Source of the DNA: an uncultured Polyangiales bacterium
Lineage (GTDB): Bacteria > Myxococcota_A > Polyangia > Polyangiales > JADJMO01
Length of the DNA stretch: 64,000 bases
Assembly: GCA_964624885.1 (NCBI GenBank)
Contig: CAZUZY010000003.1
Location: forward strand, 2,891-66,890
Reading direction: 5' to 3'
Position numbers and translations under genes: made by a program. Of the stretch, positions 8,461 through 16,436 are shown one piece after another. The notes under the pieces were generated by a model that saw nothing but the letters and a program-made list of their open reading frames with translations, searched no databases and was not told the origin of the DNA. How positions within the stretch are numbered: position 1 is the stretch's first letter; each line of letters begins with the position of its first letter.

Positions 8461-9468
8461 ATGCCTGCCATCACATTCACTCCCCCGACTCAGGTGGCTT
8501 CAAAGAGCTGGTACGTGGCGGCCAAGAACAACAACCGTATTCTCGAAGACCCGCCTCTCACCGATCCGCACGACGGGGATACGACGCCGGCCAGCGGCGA
8601 TGTCCAAGCATGTGTCGTCACTTACGACCGCGATATCGTGCTGACCGTCAATCGACCCAACCTGATCAACGCGCTGATCACGCTCATCAGCACGGCGGTG
8701 AGCAATGTCACCAGTGTCCCGGCGCTCGGCGCCGCGGCGGTTGCGCAGGCCATCGTCAAAGAGATCCAGCTGCTGATCCTGCCGCTTTCTGTCCAATTCA
8801 ACTCGAACCTCACATCGAAGCTGCTGGCGCGCACGAAGGATCAGGCTGGCGACGCCTATCTATCCATCGAACTACAGGCAATCTCGCGAACCCCGTTCTT
8901 GGCATCGAGCGGGCTTTCGTGGCGGAGCGAAGTGCTGCTGATCACCGGCGCTGGCGCGCGGAAGTGGTGGACTTCCGACGCGTTTGCCGCTGGCACATCG
9001 CCCGTGTCCGTCAGCATCGTGCGGCCGTTCAACGCGGGGGACAGCGAAGCCACGACGGTGGCCTTGACGCTGTTCATCAACGTTCCATCGGTTCTCGACC
9101 AGGTCCCCGGGATCCAGCGCTCGCTCGAGGATGTCCTCAACAAGGACCCCAACAAACCAGTGCTCGCCAAGGTCATGGAGATCGCGACGGCGCTCTTCCA
9201 AGACATCGACGCGCAGCTCTCGCTGACGAACATCCAGATTCAGTATCGACTCGTGGGTAAGGACGCGTTCGATCGGTACCAAGCCGAGATCGACAGGGAG
9301 AAGGCCGTCCTCGACTGGCTCCAGCAGTACCAGCTCTGGCTCGACCGCTTCTACAAGAACTGGGCGCTGCATCACGGTGAGGCCATTGCGCCGATGCCTC
9401 CTCCGCCCGCGGCGCTCCCACCGAAGTCCACACCGTCGAAGCCGCCTGACGAGTCGCCCTCGCACTAG
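8461..9468 (+). CDS. Orphan hypothetical protein, compositionally atypical
   Basis: Clean 335-aa ORF from ATG with non-repetitive, protein-like sequence, no signal peptide and a Pro-rich tail. Hand counts of 8461-8520 and 8521-8580 both give 35/60 G+C, against 40-45/60 in neighbouring genes. A/T-ending codons are frequent. Confidence 0.75.
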   Translation: MPAITFTPPTQVASKSWYVAAKNNNRILEDPPLTDPHDGDTTPASGDVQACVVTYDRDIVLTVNRPNLINALITLISTAVSNVTSVPALGAAAVAQAIVKEIQLLILPLSVQFNSNLTSKLLARTKDQAGDAYLSIELQAISRTPFLASSGLSWRSEVLLITGAGARKWWTSDAFAAGTSPVSVSIVRPFNAGDSEATTVALTLFINVPSVLDQVPGIQRSLEDVLNKDPNKPVLAKVMEIATALFQDIDAQLSLTNIQIQYRLVGKDAFDRYQAEIDREKAVLDWLQQYQLWLDRFYKNWALHHGEAIAPMPPPPAALPPKSTPSKPPDESPSH

Positions 9469-9499
9469 ACGCGTCTCACCGCGGGTCGATCGACAGGCC

Positions 9500-10285
9500 T
9501 CAGTACTTCGGCGGGAGCTGTACCGAGATGCCGACCAGCATCCCACCCTCGAGCCGTCGCGGCCCTCCGTCGAGCGGGAACGAGACCTGGACGAACGGCG
9601 CCGCCTCGAGCGCGAGGATCCCCGTGCCGAACAGGTACTGGAAGCGCGCGAGGTGCCGCAGGTACAGCTCGGTCTTGTAGCGGCCCCCGACCTCCTTGGG
9701 ATTCACGAGCACGAACCCCACCTCCGGCAGGAACGCGCCGACGAGCGACGGGAACGTGAACGCCCAGTCCTTGCGTCGGACCTGGCTCAGCAAGGCCAGC
9801 GAGAGCGTGGTGGTGATGCCCGAGTGGCTGCGGATGCTCGACAGCACGCGCGTCTCGAGGCCCCACTCGTTGCCCGCCGCGGCGCTCTTCGCGAGCGTCC
9901 CGTCGCGGTCGTAGGGCGTGCGGTAGCGCGGCGAGTACGTGAGCCCGTAGAACCCCATGGTCACGTGCTGATCGCTGATGGTGAGTGGCAGGATCCACCC
10001 GAGCTCGTGGACGAAGCGCCCCTTCGGCGGGCCGTACGCGTGATCCGCGGGGAGGTGACGCGGCGGCGGCGGTGGCGGCTCGACCGGCGGGGAGGGCGGC
10101 GGTGGCGGTGGCGGGACGTGGTCGTTGCCGTTGCCGTTGCCGTTCTGGTTGCCGTTGCCGTTCTGGTTGCCGTCGCCGTTCTGGTTGCCTGCACCATTCT
10201 GGTTGCCGTCCGGTGGACGCTTCGGCGTGGCCGAGGCCACGGAGGTCGTGAGCAGGAGCGCGAGCAGACCGGCGGAACGCAGCAT
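9500..10285 (-). CDS. Secreted protein with Asn/Gly repeat, poly-Pro linker and putative outer-membrane beta-barrel domain
   Basis: ATG 10285 gives MLRSAGLLALLLTTSVASA (signal peptide), then GNQNGAGNQNGDGNQNGNGNQNGNGNGN, then PPPPPPPSPPVEPPPPPP. These are followed by alternating-hydrophobic strands ending ...GISVQLPPKY, a C-terminal aromatic residue. Confidence 0.7.
   Translation of the reverse strand: MLRSAGLLALLLTTSVASATPKRPPDGNQNGAGNQNGDGNQNGNGNQNGNGNGNDHVPPPPPPPSPPVEPPPPPPRHLPADHAYGPPKGRFVHELGWILPLTISDQHVTMGFYGLTYSPRYRTPYDRDGTLAKSAAAGNEWGLETRVLSSIRSHSGITTTLSLALLSQVRRKDWAFTFPSLVGAFLPEVGFVLVNPKEVGGRYKTELYLRHLARFQYLFGTGILALEAAPFVQVSFPLDGGPRRLEGGMLVGISVQLPPKY
10121..10210. repeat. Tandem 15-nt coding repeat (GNQNG units)
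   Basis: The plus strand reads gttgccgttgccgttctggttgcc... and is reiterated about 5-6 times. It lies inside CDS 9500..10285. Confidence 0.85.
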
Positions 10286-10382
10286 GTCGAACGTCTGGTC
10301 CAACGCCGGCGCGCTCGTGGACTTACACTGCTCACGGCAACCGTCCGTGGTCCCGGTCGGAGCGGGGTTCATTTTCGGCGCC

Positions 10383-10415
10383 GCACGAATGTAAAGCCAG
10401 GTTTTACATTCGTGC
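10383..10415. promoter_or_regulatory. Perfect 13-bp AT-rich palindrome GCACGAATGTAAA-N7-TTTACATTCGTGC
   Basis: Read directly: arms at 10383-10395 and 10403-10415, loop gccaggt. It lies in the 214-bp gap between the kinase stop (10500) and the 10285 start. No U-tract in terminator orientation on either strand. Confidence 0.5.
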
Positions 10416-10499
10416 AGAAACAAAAATCGGCCTGCGTGTCCCGTCGGAGGGGCCGGCCGACGGCGGAGCCTCTCGTCGGGCTCAGGTGGCTCGAGCCCG

Positions 10500-11693
10500 T
10501 CACTTCTTGGTCGTCGGTCGCGGGCGGGGCGGCGCGACGGGGGCCTTCACGGCGGTCGTGGGTCGCGGCGCCGGCGCCGTCTTCGGCTCCTTCGCCACCA
10601 GCGCGGCCACGGCCACCGGGTCGGCCATCGTCGGCCGCTGCGACGCCGGCGGCGGCTCGCTCTCGATGGCGACCTCGATGGCGAGGCTCTCGAGCGAGGC
10701 GTCGAGGCCGTCGAGGGCCACCGCGATCGACCGCGCGATCGGGCTGCTCTCGGCGGACGCGCGCTCGATCACCACCGCCTGGGTGGCGGCCGCGGTCATC
10801 TGCACCATCGGGGCCTGCGCCCGCGCGAGCTCCGCGAACACGCGACGCGTCTCGAGCTGCATGGCCTTGGCGCTCGCATAGCGCTGGTCCTTCTCGAAGC
10901 GCAGGGCCGTGTCGATGACCTGCGCGGCCGCGGCGGGCAACGTGGGCACGACGCCGGTGATCGAGCGCGCGGGGCGCTTCATCGTGGCGACGATGCGGTC
11001 GATCGCCGTCGGTGCGTCGTGCACGTACTGGTTGGAGAGCGCCGTGAACATCAGCGCGCCGACCGCCCAGAGGTCGCTCCGCGCGTCGACCAGCTCGGTC
11101 TTCGCGCGGGCCTGCTCGGGGGGCATGAACGCCGCGGTGCCGAGGACGATGCCGTCGCGGGTCTTCGCGTCCACGGTCGCCTCGCGCACGCGGGCGAGGC
11201 CGAAATCGAGCAGCTTGATCTCGCCGGCGTGGGTGATGAACACGTTGGCGGGCTTGATGTCGCGGTGGACGATCTGCTTCGCGTGCGCCGCGCCGAGCAC
11301 GTCGAGCAGGCGGTCGGCCAGGAAGAAGCACTCGACCGGCGTGAGGACGCCCGCGCGCCGCAGCCGCCCGTCCAGCGATTCGCCCTCGAGCAGCTCCATC
11401 ACGAGGAAGACGCCGCCGTCCTCGAGCGTGTCGTCGTCGAGCACCTCGACCGCGCCCGGATGGCCCACCTTGTTGGCCACATAGCCCTCGCGGAGGAACC
11501 GGGCGCGCACGTCCTCGTGCTGGGCGAACTCGGCGTGCAGCAGCTTGATGGCGACCCGCTTGCCGTTGCGGTGGGTGGCCACGAAGACGGCCGCCATGCC
11601 CCCGACGTCGAGCAGCCGGTCCACGTGCCACTTGCCACGAAGGGTGCTTCCCACGCGCGCTTGCGCGGTCTTCCGGCTCAGGTCGTCGCTCAT
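10500..11693 (-). CDS. Ser/Thr protein kinase (Hanks type)
   Basis: Complete 397-aa ORF with LLDVGGMAAVFVA, VAIKLL, HRDIKPANVF, DFGLARV and FMPPEQ motifs, plus a Pro/Ala-rich C-terminal tail. Confidence 0.92.
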   Translation of the reverse strand: MSDDLSRKTAQARVGSTLRGKWHVDRLLDVGGMAAVFVATHRNGKRVAIKLLHAEFAQHEDVRARFLREGYVANKVGHPGAVEVLDDDTLEDGGVFLVMELLEGESLDGRLRRAGVLTPVECFFLADRLLDVLGAAHAKQIVHRDIKPANVFITHAGEIKLLDFGLARVREATVDAKTRDGIVLGTAAFMPPEQARAKTELVDARSDLWAVGALMFTALSNQYVHDAPTAIDRIVATMKRPARSITGVVPTLPAAAAQVIDTALRFEKDQRYASAKAMQLETRRVFAELARAQAPMVQMTAAATQAVVIERASAESSPIARSIAVALDGLDASLESLAIEVAIESEPPPASQRPTMADPVAVAALVAKEPKTAPAPRPTTAVKAPVAPPRPRPTTKK

Positions 11694-11731
11694 CAGGCTT
11701 TGTGATGGTATCGCCCCCGCGTTCTGCGATC

Positions 11732-12928
11732 ATGTTTCCTTCCATGGATCTCGTCCGCGACCCCCGGAGCAAGGGCCAGCTCCTCGTCCGCCACCCCGGT
11801 CCGGTCCCGAGCGGGGGCCGGGTCAAGGTGGAGGCCGGGAGCGCGGGATTCCTGGTGCGCCGGGGCCGACTCGCGGTGATCCTCAAGGTCGGCACCACCC
11901 AGATCGGCGCGGCCCTCCTCGGCCCCGACGCCCCGGCCGCGCCCCTCGGCAGCCCCCTCGACTGCGAGCTCTGGTACGTCTCCACCCTGCCGACCGGCGC
12001 CATCCCGGTGCACGGGGGGTGCGAGGTGTACGAGAACGGCATCCCCGTCCCCATCTCGTTCACCGGCACGTGCGGGATGGCCTGCACCGATCCGGCCAGG
12101 TTCGTCACCAAGCTCCTGCAGGCGGGCCTCCCCCTCGACCAGGCCTTCGAGCGCGTGCTGCTCGGCCAGCACGTCCTCGACGCGCTCCGGAGCACGGTCC
12201 AGGCGTCCCTCGACGCCTCCACGATGACGGTGCTCTACCTGCGCGAGGACGAGCCCACCAAGCTCATCCTCGACTATGCCCTGATGGCGGGGCGCCAGTT
12301 CCTCGGCTCGTTCGGCGTGTCCTTCCTCGGGTTCGACGCCGGGCGCTTCGAGGTGCCACCCGGGACCGAGGCCCTGCTCCAGCATCCTCCGCCGCCGCTC
12401 GAAGCGCTGCGCATCACCGGTCACGAGATGACCATCCACTCCGACATGATGACGCCGGTGCGGGTGCAGACCGACCGGCTGCGGCCCGCGGCACCGGTCG
12501 ATCCGCTGGCGATGACGCCGGGCAGTGGCCTGCCGGCGGCGCCCGCGCACCTCGCGCTGTCGCCGGCCGAGGGCTCGCCGGTCTATGCCCCGCCCTCCTC
12601 CGCTTCGGCGCCGGCGTCGGCGCCGGCGTCCGAGCCGGCGTCCCAGCCCATGCCGGTCGCGCGCAACCTCGCGAGCACCCCGTATCCCCTGAGCCGGGAC
12701 TCCGCGCGCAAGCCGCCGGTGATGGTGCGGCAGGGCTACTCCGGCACCTCGGTCGCGGTGGTGCAGGAGGGCGCGTTCCCCGCCGGCTCCAAGGTGCGCG
12801 CGCAGGCCTCCGACGGCCAGTGGTACGCGGGGGTCGTCGTCCGGTGCGAGGGCAACAAGGTCGAAGTGGCCTTCGCCGACGGCGGACCGAGCGAGCTGCT
12901 CGATCTCAAGCGGGTCACGCACGGGTAG
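11732..12928 (+). CDS. SPFH-like (COG4260/YdjI-type) protein with C-terminal Tudor/SH3-like domain
   Basis: ATG 11732 (alternative 11744). The N-terminal ~230 aa (LVRHPGPVPSGGRVKVEAGSAGFLVRRGRLAVIL...ELWYVST...FTGTCGMACTDPARFVTKLL) resemble virion-core/SPFH family proteins (recalled). After a Pro/Ser linker comes GSKVRAQASDGQWYAGVVVRCEGNKVEVAFADGG, which is Tudor-like. Confidence 0.7.
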   Translation: MFPSMDLVRDPRSKGQLLVRHPGPVPSGGRVKVEAGSAGFLVRRGRLAVILKVGTTQIGAALLGPDAPAAPLGSPLDCELWYVSTLPTGAIPVHGGCEVYENGIPVPISFTGTCGMACTDPARFVTKLLQAGLPLDQAFERVLLGQHVLDALRSTVQASLDASTMTVLYLREDEPTKLILDYALMAGRQFLGSFGVSFLGFDAGRFEVPPGTEALLQHPPPPLEALRITGHEMTIHSDMMTPVRVQTDRLRPAAPVDPLAMTPGSGLPAAPAHLALSPAEGSPVYAPPSSASAPASAPASEPASQPMPVARNLASTPYPLSRDSARKPPVMVRQGYSGTSVAVVQEGAFPAGSKVRAQASDGQWYAGVVVRCEGNKVEVAFADGGPSELLDLKRVTHG

Positions 12929-12946
12929 GTGCTAACGAGAGGGGCC

Positions 12947-15475
12947 ATGTCCCCTCAGGATCCCCCTCGCGAGGGGCCGCCGCTGCAGGTCGAGCCGGGC
13001 GCCGGCCCGCTCGACGCCGACACCATCCTCGAGCGCTTCCTCGCCTACGTGGAGGGTCGCGGCCTGTCGCTCTACCCGGCGCAGGAGGAGGCCGTCCTCG
13101 AGATCTTCGCCGGCAAGAACGTGGTGCTCGACACGCCCACCGGCTCGGGCAAGTCGCTGGTCGCGACGGCGATGTGCTGGAAGGCGATCGCCGAGGGGCG
13201 CCGCGTCTACTACACCGCGCCGATCAAGGCGCTGGTCAGCGAGAAGTTCTTCGCCGCGTGCGACGACTTCGGCCCGACCAACGTCGGCCTCGTCACCGGG
13301 GACGCCGCCGTGAACCCCGACGCAAAGGTGATCTGCTGCACCGCCGAGATCCTCTCCAATCGCTGTTTGCGCGAGGGCGCCGCGCTCGACGCGGCGGCCG
13401 TGGTGATGGACGAGTTCCACTACTACGGCGACCGTGATCGCGGCGTGGCCTGGCAGGTGCCGCTGCTCACGCTGCCCCACGCGCGCTTCCTGCTCATGAG
13501 CGCCACGCTCGGCCCCATGGACGCCTTCGTGGAGCGGCTCGCCGCCCTGACCGGCGAGGGCGCCCGGTGGGTGCGGGGACAGGAGCGCCCCGTGCCCCTC
13601 GAGTACGAGTACCGGGAGACCCCGCTGCACGAGACCATCGCGGAGCTGTGCCGCGGAGGCCGCGCGCCGGTCTACGTCGTGAGCTTCACCCAGCGGGCGT
13701 GCGCCGAGCTCGCCCAGGATCTGCTCTCGACCGACCTCTGCACCAAGGACGAGAAGAAGCGCATCGCCGAGGCCATCGCCGGCCACCGGTTCGACGGCAG
13801 CCCCTACGGCAAGGAGGTGCAGAAGCTCCTGCGCCACGGCGTCGCCATCCACCACGCGGGGCTCCTGCCCCGCTACCGATTGCTGGTCGAGAAGCTCGCG
13901 CAGCAGGGCCTCCTGCGGGTCGTGTGCGGCACCGACACCCTCGGCGTCGGCGTCAACGTGCCCATCCGCACGGTGCTGTTCACCCAGCTCTGCAAGTGGG
14001 ACGGCCAGAAGACCGGAATCCTCCCGGTGCGAGATTTTCGGCAGATCTCCGGCCGCGCGGGGCGCAAGGGGTTCGACGAGCGCGGCTACGTGGTGGCGCA
14101 GGCCCCCGAGCACGTGATCGAGAACCTGCGGCTCGAGGAGAAGGCCCAGAAGGACCCGAGCAAGAAGAAGAAGATCGTGAAGAAGAAGCCGCCGGAGCAC
14201 GGCTTCGTCCCCTGGGATCGCACGACCTTCGCGCGCCTCACGACCGCGCCGCCCGAGCCGCTGGTCTCGCGGTTCTCGGTGTCGCACGGCATGCTGCTGT
14301 CGGTGCTGCGCCGCCCGCGCGGGTGTCGCGAGATGATCCGCCTGGTGCGCAGCGCCCACGAGACCGACGGCACCAAGCGGAAGATCGGCGCCCACGCGCG
14401 CACGCTGTTCCGCTCGCTCGTCGACGCGGGGATCATCGAGCGCAACGAGGGCGGGATCGAGCTCGACCTCGACCTGCAAGAGGACTTCTCGCTCCACCAC
14501 GCGCTCGCCCTCTGGCTGGTCGACACCGCGCGCCAGCTCGACCCGGCGAGCCCCGACTACGCGCTCGACGTGTTGACCCTCGCCGAGAGCATCTGCGAGG
14601 ACCCGGACGTGGTGCTGATGCGCCAGCTCGACAAGCTCAAGGGCGATCTCGTCGCGCAGCTCAAGGCGCAGGGCGTCGAGTACGACGAGCGCATGAAGCG
14701 GCTCGAGGAGCTCGAGTACCCGAAGCCGCTGCGCGAGCTGGTCTACGACTCGTTCAACGCCTTCGCGAAGATCCACCCCTGGGTCGGCGAGAACATCCGC
14801 CCCAAGTCGGTGGCGCGCGAGATGGTCGAGACGCTCGCCGGGTTCTCCGACTACGTGAAGCGCTACGGCCTGCAGCGCTCGGAGGGCGTGCTCTTGCGGT
14901 ACCTCTCCGAGGTCTACAAGGTGATGGTGCAGAGCGTGCCCGCCTGGGCGAAGAACGACGCGGTCGAGGACATCGTCGACTTCCTCGGCGCGGTCGTGCG
15001 GCAGGCCGACGCGAGCCTCCTCGAGGAGTGGGAGCGGCTGCGCGACCCGGTCGCCGCGCTCATGCCCAAGAAGGCGGAGGACCTCGCCGACGCCTGGGAC
15101 ATCACGCGCGACAAGCGCGGCTTCGGCGTGCTGCTCCGCAACGCGTGCTACCGGCTGCTCGAGGCGCTGTCGGCGCAGGATTTCGAGGGGTTCCGCGAGC
15201 TCGTGGTCGCCGAGGACGGGGCCGGGGAGGCCTGGACGGACGCGCGCGTCGGCGCGTGCCTCGCGGAGTTCCGCGCGGACCACCCGGAGGGGCTGCGCCT
15301 CGATCGGTCGCCGCGGCTGCTCACCATCGAGCCGGGCGACGCGTCGTACCGGCTGCAGCAGGTGGTGCCCGACGTCGCGGGGGACGACGACTGGGTGCTC
15401 GAGATGGACTGCGACCTCGCCGCGTCGAAGGCGGCGCAGCGCCCGGTGCTGCGGCTCGACCGGTTCGGGCGCTAG
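12947..15475 (+). CDS. Ski2-like DEAD/DEAH-box helicase with long C-terminal domain (DUF3516-type)
   Basis: ATG 12947 is preceded by gagagggg. Motifs present: DTPTGSGKS (I), MDEFHYY (II), MSATLG (III), HHAGLLP, GVNVP, QISGRAGRKG (VI). About 400 aa of helical C-terminal extension follow. Confidence 0.9.
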   Translation: MSPQDPPREGPPLQVEPGAGPLDADTILERFLAYVEGRGLSLYPAQEEAVLEIFAGKNVVLDTPTGSGKSLVATAMCWKAIAEGRRVYYTAPIKALVSEKFFAACDDFGPTNVGLVTGDAAVNPDAKVICCTAEILSNRCLREGAALDAAAVVMDEFHYYGDRDRGVAWQVPLLTLPHARFLLMSATLGPMDAFVERLAALTGEGARWVRGQERPVPLEYEYRETPLHETIAELCRGGRAPVYVVSFTQRACAELAQDLLSTDLCTKDEKKRIAEAIAGHRFDGSPYGKEVQKLLRHGVAIHHAGLLPRYRLLVEKLAQQGLLRVVCGTDTLGVGVNVPIRTVLFTQLCKWDGQKTGILPVRDFRQISGRAGRKGFDERGYVVAQAPEHVIENLRLEEKAQKDPSKKKKIVKKKPPEHGFVPWDRTTFARLTTAPPEPLVSRFSVSHGMLLSVLRRPRGCREMIRLVRSAHETDGTKRKIGAHARTLFRSLVDAGIIERNEGGIELDLDLQEDFSLHHALALWLVDTARQLDPASPDYALDVLTLAESICEDPDVVLMRQLDKLKGDLVAQLKAQGVEYDERMKRLEELEYPKPLRELVYDSFNAFAKIHPWVGENIRPKSVAREMVETLAGFSDYVKRYGLQRSEGVLLRYLSEVYKVMVQSVPAWAKNDAVEDIVDFLGAVVRQADASLLEEWERLRDPVAALMPKKAEDLADAWDITRDKRGFGVLLRNACYRLLEALSAQDFEGFRELVVAEDGAGEAWTDARVGACLAEFRADHPEGLRLDRSPRLLTIEPGDASYRLQQVVPDVAGDDDWVLEMDCDLAASKAAQRPVLRLDRFGR

Positions 15476-15479
15476 TCCG

Positions 15480-16337
15480 TCACGGTGTGGCCGCGGAGAA
15501 GTTCAGGCGACGGATCCGCCGCCCCGACCGCGTGTCGAGGTAGGCGCCGTCCGACAGGACGATCCCCGCGCCGTCGTCGACGAACGCCGCGCCGAAGTAC
15601 GGCTCGAGTGGCGCTTGGCTTCGGAGCCGTCCCTCGTCGTCGAGCACGACGAGCTCCGCTCTGCCGGTCTCTGGTGTCACGTGGACACCCGCGACGTGGG
15701 CGTCACGCACGGCAGCGACGTCGACGATGTGACTCTCGCCCTGCCGGAAGGTCCACAGCGCCGCTCCGCGATCGTCGACGCAGCGCAGGGGGCCCATGAA
15801 CTCCGCGATGCACACCCGCGCGGGCAGGAAGCACGCGCCGAGGGTCTTGCGCACACCGGCGACGACGCTCCGAGTCGCGCCCGCAACGATAGTGACCCCT
15901 TCTGGCCCCACCAGCAGGCTTCGCGCGTCGTTGCTCTCATAGGCCGCCGTGATGGGCAGCTCGATGCCACAGTCCTCGCCTGTGCGGGCGTCGAGCGCGA
16001 CGGCGGCCCGTTCGGTGAAGGCCAGCAGGTGCTCGCCGTCGCCGGAGTAGCGCAGCCACTCGATTCGGCGGAGATCGTCGCGCGTCCAGCGGGCTCGGCC
16101 ACTCGGCAGATCGAACGCGAAGACGCCGCGGTGAAAGCTGGCGGCGGCGCACGCCGTCGCGTCCGGCGTCAGCGCGAGTCGCTTGCCTCCGCGGGACGGG
16201 GGGCCCTGGACGAAGGCGACCTGCTCTCCGGTCTCGTGGTCGAAGACCACGATCGCACCCGTGGCGTCGGTGGCGGCCACCCGAGGTCGGCTCCGCGCGG
16301 CGGCGACGTGCCAGGCTCTGGAAGGTAGCCGTTGCAT
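15480..16337 (-). CDS. Hypothetical beta-propeller-like protein
   Basis: ATG 16337 (MQRLPSRAWHVAAA...), 285 aa, forming the in-frame tail of ORF 15480..17105. Repeating ...D..G..lW.. strands, e.g. ARWTRDD and ALWTFRQG. No domain firmly recognised. Confidence 0.6.
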   Translation of the reverse strand: MQRLPSRAWHVAAARSRPRVAATDATGAIVVFDHETGEQVAFVQGPPSRGGKRLALTPDATACAAASFHRGVFAFDLPSGRARWTRDDLRRIEWLRYSGDGEHLLAFTERAAVALDARTGEDCGIELPITAAYESNDARSLLVGPEGVTIVAGATRSVVAGVRKTLGACFLPARVCIAEFMGPLRCVDDRGAALWTFRQGESHIVDVAAVRDAHVAGVHVTPETGRAELVVLDDEGRLRSQAPLEPYFGAAFVDDGAGIVLSDGAYLDTRSGRRIRRLNFSAATP

Positions 16338-16436
16338 GGAGGAACCAACCTCCGGAGGTCTATCACGGTCTCTCGCCGTAGGCGGGGAGGCGAGGCTCGA
16401 TCGGTAGGAGTCCACACAGGTGTGGGTTACGGTGTT

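Noticed and set aside
10383-10415. The 13-bp palindrome considered as the rho-independent terminator of the kinase gene.
   Set aside because: On the minus strand (the kinase sense strand) the T-run precedes rather than follows the hairpin. On the plus strand the hairpin is followed by an A-rich run. Neither orientation gives the hairpin plus 3' U-tract arrangement.
12926-12949. Same-frame adjacency of ORFs 11702..12928 / 12929..15475, and of 44804..45754 / 44489..44803, considered as further in-frame-stop genes.
   Set aside because: In both cases the downstream gene has its own ATG preceded by a good Shine-Dalgarno (gagagggg-N4-ATG 12947; GGAGGT-N3-ATG 44764). The two proteins are also unrelated domains, so the shared frame is coincidental.
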